This document shows positions 12,724 to 24,800 of a stretch of 64,000 nt of DNA, one piece after another. Position 1 is the stretch's first letter, and each line of letters opens with the position of its first letter. The stretch is from Squalus acanthias (lineage: Eukaryota): NCBI GenBank assembly GCA_030390025.1, contig CM059431.1, positions 122,576,001-122,640,000 on the forward strand, read 5' to 3'. The notes under the pieces were generated by a model. The model was not told where the DNA came from. It saw only the letters and a program-made list of their open reading frames with translations, and did not search any database. The position numbers and the translations under genes are program-made.

Positions 12724-14002
12724 AAGAAGAGAGCAAACAATAAGAGGGAGATTTAAAGAACTAGAGGTGGCCCTCCATCATTCGCCACATTGACTCCAGC
12801 AGAGGAGGTCACCCTGGAGGTCTCAGGAGTTGCCGAGCAGCTGGCGGTGGGAGATGGAGAGAGGGGACAGAATTACATCTCATACAGCCACATGGCATAA
12901 AGCAATCATTCATATGCGGACTGATGTCAGCAGACAGTGAATGTTCACCATTTGCATAATGGTATCGTTACCCATTCTTGCTATAACATTTCTAAATCAT
13001 CTCTTTACTCTCCCACAGGTCCATTAAGAGCACACCCCACTGTCCAGGCGGAAGAGGAAGACAACTCCTCAGAGGAGCCTCCAGCCTCTGAGGGTGCACC
13101 ATCACCAGACATAAGTGCACTCAGCACCAGTGCAGATACGGACACCTCGGTGGGTCCTACACAAGATAGAGTAGTGTTGTCACCTGGTGTCTCACAAGTC
13201 AAAAGTGAGCAAGAGCAGATGGTGGAGACAGGGACAGCAGTGGAGACTCCTCGTCGGAGGGCACAGGATGCTCCCAGCTCTGCTCAGCTGCAGGCAGATG
13301 CTCAGCCTCGGGGGCTATCGAGAAAGAGGGTGATCCTGGAGGTGCAGCAAGAAGTGCTGACAGGTTTTGCGACTGCAATGTCTGCAAATGTGCAGAGAAT
13401 GGAGGAGTCCATCTCCAACATGAGCACCACCATGTCATAGGCGATGGTGACTGTAGGCTCTTCCATGGACAGGATGGCCACCTGCATGGAGCAGCTAATG
13501 CGCCACTCACAGGAGCGCATGGAATCTATGGAGAATAGGTGGCTATCTATGGATAATAGATGGCTATCTATGGAGAACAGATGGCAGAAGCTTATAGACC
13601 TCCTCTCTAGGAGGAATGTCAACATAGACTTGGGTCCTCATGTCCCCACTGCTGTGCAGCAAGATGCAGGGAAGTGCGGGTGGCCCATGAGAGGAATGAT
13701 GGTAAGAGGGAACATGGAAGTGGGGGCTCCTCTCAAAGCACTTAAACTTCTCCCCCATTGCCTTCCCCTCAGTCAGAATGCTAGATGACTCCTCGGATTG
13801 CAATGGCCGAGTCTGCCCCTGCACAGTCGCAGGAGCAACAGACTTTGGCGGGGCCATCACAGGCTCCAAAACCCAGAGGACGTCACCAAAAGTGTCTACA
13901 CAGTCACAACAGGGAAGTGAGCAGGCTGCCTCTACCTCTGCTGAAGCCACAGGGGTAGCACCTCGTGGAAGCATGCATAAGCGAAAAATGCCACAGAAGT
14001 AG
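12724..14002 (+). pseudogene. Harbinger accessory (Myb/SANT-like) gene, downstream exons, with premature stops
   Basis: After acceptor ccttgcag: KKRANNKREI*RTRGGPPSFATLTPAEE (K.A.N.RE...TGGGP motif). After acceptor cccacag at about 13019: a long low-complexity/coiled-coil frame with a stop at 13438 and a frameshift. Confidence 0.7.
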
Positions 14003-14064
14003 ATGCACAAGGGTAACCACATGGGTGTTTAAAGAACTGTTTCTGTTAAGGTTCCATTACTCTT

Positions 14065-14946
14065 GGCCACGATTTTGCCAGCACTCAGAGGGTGGGTTTG
14101 GAGGCGGGTCATAGCTTAAATTCGTTTTGATTGACGGCGGGTTCGATCCCGCCATCAATCTGCCTCCAAACAGCTTTCCCAAGTGTCGGGTTCCCGATTT
14201 GCGAATGGACCCGACACCTAGCAGCGGGAACCGGATTAAAGGCAATTAACTTCCCAATAACAGGTACTTGCCAGTAGTTGACAGCCTATTTTTGGATTTT
14301 GCCGCTTCTGGCTCAGGTTTCCCGACATCCTGACACCACGCCAGGTAAGTGTGGCGTGTTGTGAGTCTGCTGTAATGTTTCTGGATTGATGACAGCTGCA
14401 GAAGCGATGTGAAGGATCCAATGTTGCACATGGTGAGTTTCAGAGCAAAGAAAATGTTGGTTACTGCATTTTTAATACATTTTCAGATTTCTTTAGCTTA
14501 CAAGTTTTTAAATCCAACTATATGTCCAGTGCCACCTCATTGGGAGAACCTCTCTCACCAGTGACAGATCGCTTCTGTCACCTCACCTGTAGCTGCCATC
14601 TATTATAGCCTATGGAGGGAGTCATTGGAGTGTCTGCGTGCAAGTGTTTACCTTTGTGCAGTGATTGTCAGTGTTTTCAGCACCTCAATGCTCTCAAACA
14701 CTGAGAAATTAACTGTCAAAATAAAATTGTGTGTGGTCCCTTTAAGGAAACTGGCAGATGACACGTCATCAAATGACATCATCTGACCTGCTTCCTGTTA
14801 ATTGGCCGGCAAGCCCGCAGGGTGGGCTTAACAAGGTCATTCAAGGCAAAATCACGTCTGTGGAGCGGAAGCAGCAGGGGGCGGGACTGGAAGCCGGAAA
14901 CCAGCTGACCCGCACTCAACCCGCCTCCATTAATAAAATCGCGGCC
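14065..14946. mobile_element. Harbinger-type MITE, family B
   Basis: TIR GGCCACGATTTT / AAAATCGCGGCC; very similar to 34935-35755; flanks CTT/ATT. Confidence 0.88.
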
Positions 14947-15534
14947 ATTATGTCACATATAAAACTACTTATTTTCACCACTTTCTGGTCATGCCCATTT
15001 TTATCCGCTACTTTGGAAGTGGCTTAGTGTGTTGGAGTGAATGGTCAGACATAATGTTACCTCCAGCAATGGTGGTCAGTGTGAAAGGAATGGCTTGGTC
15101 ATTATAGGGATGCTTTATGGTGTTGTTGCGGGAGTGGGAACTTGGCACAGCATGTGGCAGCCTTATGGGTGTAATGCAAGAAGTTAAGTAAATCTGGCCA
15201 TGATGAGGTCATCCCTGGCCTCCCAGGTAGCAATGTACTCCAGCGCTGCTGGCATCTGGACCTCAGATTCCTCCTGCTCCTCCTCTTCTTACAGCTGATG
15301 CTCATCCTCCTCTGAAGAGGCTGTGCACTCAGAGCCCTGCTCCTCATGCAGCGCTAATCCTCGCTGCTGTGCTATGTTGTGCAGGGCGCAGCAGACCACG
15401 ATGATTCTGGAGACCCTCGCTGGTGCATACTGAGGGGCTCCTCCAGATCTGTCAAGGCATCTGAAGCGCATTTTCAGCATGCCTATTGTTTGCTCTATGA
15501 CACATCTGGTGGACATGTGGCTTTTATTATATCA

Positions 15535-15650
15535 GGGTACGGTAGCATAGTGGTTATGTTACTGGACTAGTAATCCAGAGGCCAAAACTAATTATCCGGA
15601 CATGGGGAATTTAAATTAATTAACTAAATCTGGAATAAAAAGCTAGTATC
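15535..15650 (+). mobile_element. HE1-like tRNA-derived SINE 5' fragment inside the transposase
   Basis: GGTAGCATAGTGGTTATGTTACTGGACTAGTAATCCAGAGG head (A-box-like); similar to 29140-29352. Confidence 0.6.
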
Positions 15651-16196
15651 ATGGAGGGAGTGGAAGTCCTTGTGGTTCACAATCACTCCTGTGTGATGAT
15701 GGGGTGCCTTCATGGCCACATGTGTGCAGTCGATGACACCCTGCACCCTTGGGAAGCCAGCCAGAGTGGCAAAGCTGAGTGCCCATTCAGTAACGCTGCC
15801 TTCATCAGTGGCAAAGTTGATATAATTGGCTAACGTGGCATTGGTGGCCTGTGTGATGCATCTGTGGGCGGCCGACTATGAGATCCTGCAAATGTCTGCT
15901 GCAGATCCCTGGAAGAAGTCTGGGGTGAAGAAGTTGGGGGTGAGTGGCATTGACAGCCACTGGTAAGGCGTGTCTCACCAGGTCGTCTGTGATGCAGGTC
16001 TGGTTCCAGTACACTGCAAATGTCTGCAACGACCTGGCGCGATAGCCTGAGCCTCCTTTCACTGCTGCTCTGCCATCTTGAGGAAGCTCATCCTCTGCCT
16101 ATAGACCCTGTGTTGGGGGTATCACCTCTGGCGTGGGGCCCTCTGTCCTGGGGAGCATCAGGTCATTGAGGAGAAGGTTGTTGGTGCTGGTTTTGT

Positions 16197-16298
16197 AGGG
16201 CTACGGGGAAAGACAGGGGAGTGGGACTAGATGAAGTGCTCTTGTGGAGGGCTCGATGGGCCAAATGGCCTCCTTCTATGCTGTAACCATTCTATAAT
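16197..16298 (+). mobile_element. CR1-like LINE 3' tail fragment
   Basis: GGGCCAAATGGCCTCCTTCTATGCTGTAACCATTCTAT matches the CR1 3' end type seen elsewhere in the window. Confidence 0.6.
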
Positions 16299-17006
16299 AT
16301 GGTGTTGCTGGTGTGCCTGCTGCTGGGGCTCATCCTGGTCCGATTCTGAGGACCATGTTGAGACAGTATAAATGGAAGCCATCCTGATGTAATAGATGGC
16401 AGGTCAAGTAGAGATCAGAGGAGCAATCTGTCAATGTTGTGATAGGTAGTAGCAATGAGGTGAGAGTGGGTTCCGAATTTGCAGAAAAGACTTGCAAAAT
16501 CTAGACACCTAAATCTCTGCTCAAAATGCACTTAGCAAGAGCTTCCCTTAGGCAAGTAAGCAGCTGTCATGTGGCAGTATTTGTTGTGCTTCCATGCATT
16601 GCTGTAATGGCCACTGAGCTTCCGGCTCAGCTTGGTAGGCATGGTTCCTGAGCTGCATGATTCCTGTGGTCATGCACTGAAATTCAAAAGGTCTGGTAAA
16701 GCAATGTTAAGTGTCTGACAATAAGGTATTAATGAGCTAAATTAGATCACCCACCTCTGCCATTTGGGTCCGTGCCGCGCTGGCAAATGCACCTGAGTTA
16801 AAGGTGCGAGGAGGCGGGAGGACGCGCGTTCCCGACCCGCTCCCATTTTTTGCGATTTTTACTCCCGACCTGTCTCCAATCCCGCAAGCACGCCAGCATG
16901 AAAATTCCGGCTGAAGTGTTTGCATTACTGGTTCAGTGGAGTTGTAGTTAAAAGCAGTTTGAATTTGGAGTGTGTGTGTTAATGGAAGGAGCAGAGTTGA
17001 ACCTTT

Positions 17007-18740
17007 GGGCTGAATTTCAATGGGGAAGGTGGATTGGGGGCAGGGGGGTTCCGAGGCGGTTGGGAAACCCGGAAGAACAGGTTTCCCGCAGGCCCTGCCT
17101 CTGTTTCCCACTCGCAGCCAGCCAGATTGAGAGGCTGACTGGCTGCGGCCAGGTAGCCTGCGGCACTAGGCCGCAGAGAGGAGGGAGGGAGGGATGGGTT
17201 GGGGGCCGGGGTAGGCCGCATAAGGATCAGGGAGGGAGAGAAAGAGGATCAGGGCCGGAGCCTCGGGTTGGGGGGGGGGGGAAGAATGGGTCGGGGGCTG
17301 GACTCCTGTGCATCAGTGGAGAGAGGAGTGGGAGGGTGAGATGATTGGGGCCGGACTCCTGTGCATCGGGGGTGGGAGGGTGAGACGATCGGAGCCGGAC
17401 TCCTGTGCATCGGGGGTGGGAGGGTGAGACGATCGGGGCCGGACTCCTGTGTATCGGGGTGCGTGGGGGGAGAGGAGAGACGATTGGGGCCGGACTCCTG
17501 TGTATCGGGGTGCGTGGGGGGGAGAGGAGAGACGATTGGGGCAGGAATCGAGAACATCGGGGGGGGAGGGAGAGATGATCGGGGCCAGACTTCTGTGCAT
17601 CAGGGGGTTGGGGGGAGGGAGAGGCAATCAGGGCTAGTCTCCTGAGCATCATGGGGATGGAGAGATGATCGCGGCTGGACACCTGAGCATCGGGGGGGAG
17701 AGGGAGGGAAGATCGGGCCAGAGGATCGGTGGGTGGGAGAGAAGATCAGGTCCAGAGGATCGGCAGGGGCGGGGGTGAGAGGAAGAGAAGATCGGGGCAG
17801 GAGGATCGGTGAGGGGAGAGAGAAGATCAGGGTCGGAGGATCAGCAGGGGAGGGAGCGATAATCTGGGCTGGACACCTGAGCATCGGGGGAGGAAAGGAA
17901 GGGAAGATCGGGGCCGGCGGATCGGTGGGTGGGAGAGAAGATCAGGGTCAGAGGATCGGTGGGTGGGAGAGAAGATCGGGGTCGGAGGATTGGTGGGTGG
18001 GAGAGAAGATCGGGGCCAGAGGATCGGTGGCTGGGAGAGAAGATCGGGGCCAGAGGATCGGTGGCTGGGAGAGAAGATCGGGGTTGGATGATTGGCAGGG
18101 GGGGGGGGGGGGGAGAGAAGATCGGGGTCGGATGATTGGCGGGGGGGAGAGAAGATCGGGGTCGGATGATTGGCGGGGTGGGGGGAGAGAAGATCGGGGC
18201 CGGATGATTGGCGGGGGGGGAGGGGGAGAGAAGATCGGGGCCGGAGCATCGGGGGGAGGGAGCGAAGCAACAATCAGAGCTGGAGCATCAGGCGGGGGGT
18301 GGTGAACAGCATCGGATTAGGCCTGTAAATCATCGGTGGGGGCGGGGAAGTCTGGGAAGGGGATCGGAGGCATCATGGGGGGTGGTCTCTGATCTTGGGG
18401 GCTGGGCTAGGCAGGGACCCTGGATCCAGGAGGTAGGTGTAAAGGCACTTAAACCTGGATGCAGCATTCCTCACCTTGCTGTAGCTGCCGGGTTTTACGA
18501 TGTGTGCAAAACGCGACCAGCTACAGTTAAACACAAAATGGAGGTTAAAGAAGAGGCTTCCAGCCTCATTCTCATATTTAAATAGACCGCCCGCCTCCCG
18601 CCCATCCCGCCTCCTGTTCCATCCCTGTTAAAACTGGAAGTGGGCGGGTTGGAGGCGGGATCAGGTTGGAATTCACATTTTTAATACTTTAACTACTCCC
18701 ACACCCCAACCCACCGTTCTTTTAGGTTAAAATTCTCCCC
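17007..18740. mobile_element. MITE family F carrying a G-rich minisatellite
   Basis: GGGCTGAATTT / AAATTCTCCCC ends; TSD TTT; arms similar to 35840-37525. Confidence 0.75.
17290..18300. repeat. Compound G-rich minisatellite (~44-, ~51- and ~34-bp units, GATCGG core)
   Basis: Units GGGCCGGACTCCTGTGCATCGGGGGTGGGAGGGTGAGACGATCG and GGTGGGTGGGAGAGAAGATCGGGGCCAGAGGATC in tandem. Confidence 0.9.
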
Positions 18741-20360
18741 TTTGTGTTAATGGCTGTGAGGCTGGATATCTGTATTAATAGCAGCAAAGGCTGTGTTTAT
18801 GATAATGGAGTAAATGCTCATTCCGTTGAATGGAATGGATTAGGCAACTGTTATAAAACCCATCCAATTTTCATTCCATTGGAATCACTGGGATGTAAAG
18901 TGGATGGGTTCTACAATGTGCGGCCGATCTGCTTCTCTAGACCACTGCCCGTGTGATAAAGACAGAAATTTACCCCAGAGCCTCTTGTGTTAATATCAAT
19001 AAGCTTGCAATATTTGCATTTTGAGGTGGTCTGTGATATTGTAATTACAAAAGTACATTACATAGAATTGATTCCAATTTTTAAAGTCTATCATATCTCA
19101 CTTTGTATCTGAAAATTCAAGTTTCTATCCTTCCGAAAAACTTGAGTCATGCAGATCGTGCGCTGGAGCATTTCTAATTCTTTGTCCACTACCTTTTAAA
19201 AAAAATTATTTTAACTTCACAATGGATACGGCAACATTCTTCAACCCTTTTCATTACACTGTACACAAAAGCAGCAGTCTGGCTCCTCCATCCAACCAAT
19301 CTGATAGAGGACAGCAGCTCACGTATTGCAACTTTCCAGCAAAGTCACCTGGATCTCAGTAAATTTCAGTCAATTACATTTCAATGCTTATCAAATCTGC
19401 TGACTCCAAGAAAACAATTGTTAATAATAACAACTCTTATTAACAAAATAAATGAAGAATAACAGCAATTGCAACTGCTAAAGGTCTACTGAATCCTATA
19501 TGATATGTAGAGTGTACAGGAGTGTAGCACAGTTACTTTCTTTCCTCATTTAAAAGGCTGATACAGTGTGGAAGAGATGGAAATAGATCCCAAGATCCAT
19601 GTCATCTCATAAGCACTTACTTTACCAGCCTCAGAATATGTTCTATTTTCTGACAGTCGCATGATACTCAGTTTTTCACACCATCAGATTTCTCTGTTTC
19701 TCTGACAACACTTGCTCAACATTTTCAATTTCTCACTTCATGCTGTCTCTTTCTCCCTCTGCTTCTCACCAGTTCCAATTATACTGTTTTTCTCCTTCAC
19801 TGCAGCGTTCCGCACAGATTCAATTACATGGCAGCAAAAAAAAGCTAGCAACAATTTTCTGATTCAGAAGTAAAGGTAAAAGAATCAGAGTGCGGCAAGT
19901 GCAATGTTTGCTGTTTCTGCCAAATAATTTCTATATTCCATTGTTGGACCATTTACAAAATAACTGCATGCTCCCAGCCTAGCTAGAAGCTCACTGAAGG
20001 GGCAGGGAACAGCAAATGATGAAAGAAAGCAGCCCTCAAAGGACTGCATAAAAGATTTATAGGCATGTAGCCACTTCAAGGTAAGAGGGCACATATGGAG
20101 AAAATGGCGATGGCAGAGAAGGGGCAAGAGCCTACTATCCGGATGGCATATGGCTGTGGCAGTGACTCCTTTACTTTAGGTACTGCAGCAATGCGGTGCC
20201 ATTGTTACAGCTGTGTCATACTCCTGTTGATATTCAGTAGGAAAGAAAATGAAAGTGCAGGGCATACTGGCCAATGCAACAGTCATCTGTTTAAGACATC
20301 TGTGGACAGCGCATTAGCTGATGTTATCCCTATGCCAGGCTGGAAGAAGCTGGAGACAAT

Positions 20361-20900
20361 GGCCCGGATTTTCACAGCGTACGCGCTCATAGGTGTCTCG
20401 CAGGTTCCGGGTTTCCGCGTGCGATGCGCATGTGCAAAAACCCAGAACTTGTGATCTGCCAAGTTTCAGCTTGACAGATCATCTGCATGTGCAGGAAATG
20501 GACATTCGCTGGTGGAGAGTTGGGCTATTTGCCCAATTACTGCCCAGCGAATGCCCACGAAACCCTTATGCCTGGTAAAAGCCTTCTTTTACCAGCGTAA
20601 GGGTTTAAATAAATATTAAAATAACATTTTTTAAATCATTTAAACATTCAAAAACCTTTAAAATGAGTTTAGGTTATTTTTGGCCCCTTTAAAAATGTTT
20701 AAATTTATTTTTCAAAAAATTTAATTTTTGTTTTAAATGTTTAATTAAATTGTATTTTAATTAATTTTAAACATGTGATGATTTATTTTTATTTCAGTGT
20801 TGTGAAAGTGTATTTTTTAATGTGATTTCTATTAAGCTCATGGGGATTCCGTACACCTTTGTAGACATGAACCTATTTAAAATTAATGGGGTTCCTGTCG
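20361..20900. mobile_element. MITE family D, right end missing
   Basis: Starts GGCCCGGATTTT; AT-rich core (TTTTCAAAAAATTTAATTTTT) shared with 47927-48671 and 55557-56270. Confidence 0.65.
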
Positions 20901-20927
20901 TCATTAAATAGCAGATGGAAACCTATT

Positions 20928-21097
20928 GAATAGATTTTCAACTTGCCGCCTGAGTATAAAACTGATGTTGATCATCGGGCACCGGTCACAGAAATTACCT
21001 GATTTCAATGGAAATGAAGATCAAGTAGTTTCTATAATGGGCGGCTGATCTGCATTGCTAGTTTTACGCCCGAGTAGCATGTTGAAAATCGACCCCA
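20928..21097. mobile_element. Small (~170 bp) palindromic MITE, family G
   Basis: GATTTTCAAC...GTTGAAAATC inverted ends and internal palindrome; related copies at about 18850-18976, 40550-40732, 50137-50263 and 51180-51365. Confidence 0.6.
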
Positions 21098-21595
21098 TTA
21101 AGTGTTCACCCGGTAACATTACAAAAAGCCATTTTTAGGTTGAGATGTCTTTACCCATAGATTCGTAATCAGTACCAGGCTCTAGTGCTCCAATCTCTAT
21201 CTCTATTATTGTTTTCAACCTTGCCATCCTCAGCCAACTTCTTCCTGAAAAAGCTACTTATCCCCCACTTAACACTCCATTTGATTTCATTAATTTATCT
21301 CTCAGTATAGATCCATTTCCACATTCATCAAAAAAATAGATGGCTTCGGTTTCTACTCATCTTTTACCCTATTCTTGCCTGTAGATTCAAATTTTTCCAC
21401 TCATCTATTTTCCTACTTTCCATTAAGTATAATTTCATTGGCCCACAATGACTTCGGGTAGCAAAAATATGAAGTATAAAATGAGCATCCATCACATTAG
21501 AAATGGACAAAATAAAATAAATAACTTAATTCCAAAACATTTTTCTCTCTCAGATTCCCACACACCATTCCTTCATTGAAAGGATATAACACACT

Positions 21596-22331
21596 GGGCA
21601 AGATTTTTCACTTTGGGCGCAATTGGCAATCCGGGCGCAAATTGTGCTCAAAATTGCACTAGTTTTGAGAAGTTTTTTTTTTCTCAAGTTTCCGTTCAAA
21701 CTTATTTGCATATCGATGAACGTAAAATCTGCCATGAACCAGCATAATTGGGCAACGCCTTAGAACGTAATTCAAAAAAAGTATAATTTTGCATTCAAAA
21801 GTATTCCTTGATAGATTATACCAGGAGTGGTAACCTGGTGAAGTTTTATTAATACAGCTGAAAATGGGTTTAATCACAAAAAATAAGCATTCTTAATCAG
21901 AGTGTCTAGTCCATCACCTGTGAGTAACCTGATTTTAAATGACTGAAAATCAGCCATTTGCTTGTTATATTGGTGCATAATAGTCAGTTTCTTAATAGAT
22001 TTTTAAAAATATATCAAAGCTTTTAAAAGGTGCCTATTAGTATCCTCATGCCTAAAAAAACACAGCTTAATTTTAAGATCCACCTCAAAGGCCTGCAAAT
22101 GGGCGCAATTAGTGGAAACTCACCAGTAATTCAATCTGGGGGCGTGGCCAGTTTTGTGGGCGGGGCCGGCTTCGAGCGGGTGTTTTTCAAACTAGCGCAA
22201 AAGATTACAGAAACTTGGTTTGCGCTGAGCGTAATTTGCGCTTAAAATTCCGCAAACTTTCACGCTGGTTTGGCTGATTTTGGCGAATGGCACTGAAAAA
22301 AACGAATGCAACCGAGTGGAAACTCTTGCCC
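21596..22331. mobile_element. Harbinger-type MITE, family E
   Basis: TIR GGGCAAGATTTTTCACT / AGTGGAAACTCTTGCCC; TSD ACT (21593-95, 22332-34). Confidence 0.88.
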
Positions 22332-24589
22332 ACTGAGTCCTCTGTCTAATTTACTTTGTTATAGGTTGCTCGGGCGTATGAGAAAGGACCTGGCTGACTA
22401 CCTTTCTGCGGTTTGATGCCATTTGGAGCTCTTGCCAACTGACCAACTGAGATTGAACTTTAATTGACCACAGTACTATTGTCAGCTCGTCTTAATATCA
22501 TCATCAATAAACTGAGTTAGGGATACTGGGCTCAATTTTCCATTTGTCAGTATCTGCAAGAAGCTTGTCAGACCATGATTTTACCCAAGCAACATAAAAT
22601 GTAATAGACCACTGAGTCAATGCAAGCATTCACTTACAATTGTTTTTCTACATTTAGTAGTACTTCTGGCTTGTATTGACTCAATAGCCTATTAGGTGCT
22701 GCTCGATGGCAATGAATAAAGTCATGGTACCAATTTTAAGTGAATTATCTGGAGGAAGCAGTGACTTAAAATTGTTTACATATATACATTGGAGAAATGC
22801 AATTTTGTGTTTTGGGCTAAGGTGCATGCACACACGCGTATACACACACACACACATTTTACTGTGCTAGGTGTGATCAGTCAGTTATACAGTTGCAAAA
22901 TGACTGCTAACTCATAAACAGCTCTACATTTAGACATAATAACTGAAGCTGAGTTCAACAGAAAGACCGGCAGGCTGAGATTATACAACAGATACAACTA
23001 TAAAATTAAATACTGAGCTAGCAGACTCAGGTTAGACTATCAACTGTGGCTCTCCTAACTGGGCAGCTCATTTGTAATGTTAGGAGCACGTGGGAAGTAA
23101 TGCCCTTACTCTCATAACATTCAATTTACACAAAAATAAGTTTATAGCAGTCACAGGATGTCTAGTGAACCACCTGGACACTTTCAATATACAGCTTCAC
23201 ACTAAACCTGAGTTACACTGTAGTAGGTATAAAAAAATAACAGTTTGACACTACTTACGGAAGCTGGGCTCACAACTTTTGTTTTAATGTGCTCAGATAC
23301 CTGGTTATAAACAAGAACAACAACCTGCATTTATATAGCACATTTAATGCAGGAAAACGTCCTAAGGCGCTTTATTTGCTGTCACTTTCACATCAGTGCA
23401 TACCTGAAACTGCTTCACACTGATGCAAAATTCACAATATAACTCTACCCTATGTTACACGATCATTAAGCTACTGTGTTAAGCAGATAATGTGATGAAC
23501 AATATATTACACTTCTATTTCTTTCCCTTTTACCATACTAAACGCGGAACAGTATATGTGTCACTAATCCAATCCCAGCCATCTATCATTCTGTATCTAC
23601 ATGCACCAGGTTGTCCTTTTGAATTGATTTTATAGTTGGAGACATAAAAGTCCTGGAAAATATGCGTGTCACAACCAAGAATACACTGTATAATAAAACT
23701 TGAAATATTCGGTAATTTATAAGGAAAAATAATACTCAGTTTCTTATTTATTTTGGTAACTGGATAGAGTTTGAAGGGCAGATTTTCCTGCCCGTTGCCC
23801 TCAGAGAATGCTCAATTTTCCATGATGAAAAGGGGTGGAGACCTGGATTGACGGATCTCTGCCTCTTTGAAGTATTACGTTGAAGTAGTTCTGAGATCTC
23901 TGGGGCTTTCCTAAAAGGGGGTGGGGGTGGTGGGTGGGGGGTGGGGGGGCGGGGTGCCGGGGGTGTGGGTGGTCAGAGCTGGACCTGCATCTGCAGTGGC
24001 ACAAGCCCGACAGTATTATTTATATGAGCTGTAAGGAAGTGTTTATGGCCTTTCACCTCATTCTCCAAGTCTGCCGGTTGCTGAGTGTCCCAGGGCAGGG
24101 GCACCCAGTAAAGGTGATGCTAAATGCTCCCTGAAGAGAAAGTTTACGGAGGTCCTAGGTGGAAGCCAAAAAATTGCAAGTAGGCCTCTTCTGTAATTTT
24201 TTGCGCCTACTCCAGGATTTTCAGATCACATCAGTCCCAAACTTGTCTTTTATCAGCTTCTATCTAGGTCGCCTTGTCCTTGAATTATGATTTAACTTGA
24301 TATAGTGCTCCAGATGAACCTTTTCTGTTCCACTTAGCACATATATATCTCGAGAAGGTTCCCCACTCATTCACCTCCTTTCAAGACTGAAAAATCTTTC
24401 CTCATACATAGTCCTCCGACACATGGATTAGCAGTGTGGCCTTTCTCTGTTTGGTTGTTTCCCTTGTGAACTTCACTATAATCTTCAGCATGACTACTTG
24501 CTGGGGTATGGTTTCATGGGCATCAGTTTCCCTCTGATACCTTAATCTGATGTCAATTGTTCATGCGTGAAACTAGATAGTGACTGTTG

Positions 24590-24800
24590 ACAAGGTATAC
24601 AACTGTAGGGACATCACGGCTTACAAGGGTCACTGCATAGTGATCGAGAGAAGAAATTCAGGTCCATTCTTCTTTCTATATCCCAGGGGTGCTAAGGCCA
24701 ATTGTAGCACCCCATTGCCACCCTGGCTAAGATCAGTTAACTCAATACAGACTGGGGATTGAACGTGCAGTCTTTTTGGTCTGTACCAGTTCTTCTATTC
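24590..24800 (-). mobile_element. Old tRNA-derived SINE
   Basis: GGCTAAGATCAGTTAACTCA...GGGGATTGAAC (B-box-like GTTCAATCC on minus); shared with 38340-38680 and 63560-63850. Confidence 0.6.

Larger units (their letters stand above)
15200..16385 (-). pseudogene. HARBI1-like Harbinger DDE transposase, fragmented
   Basis: [19 protein letters not shown] at about 15700-15760 and IEQTIGMLKMRFRCLDRSGGAPQYAPARVSRIIVVCCALHNIA at 15370-15500. The middle of the catalytic region is missing; there are frameshifts. Confidence 0.9.
12410..16912. mobile_element. Decayed PIF/Harbinger transposon with both genes (Myb-like +, transposase -)
   Basis: Convergent pseudogenes listed below; right end GAAAATTCCGGC; left end replaced by a MITE A terminal fragment (12360-12400); contains MITE, SINE and LINE insertions. 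Confidence 0.8.

Noticed and set aside
15289..15516. Possible domesticated host HARBI1 gene
   Set aside because: Frameshifts, a catalytic-region deletion and SINE/LINE insertions show a dead transposon copy.
17227..18305. Pro/Gly/Arg-rich ORFs
   Set aside because: Translations of a G-rich minisatellite, open in several frames on both strands.
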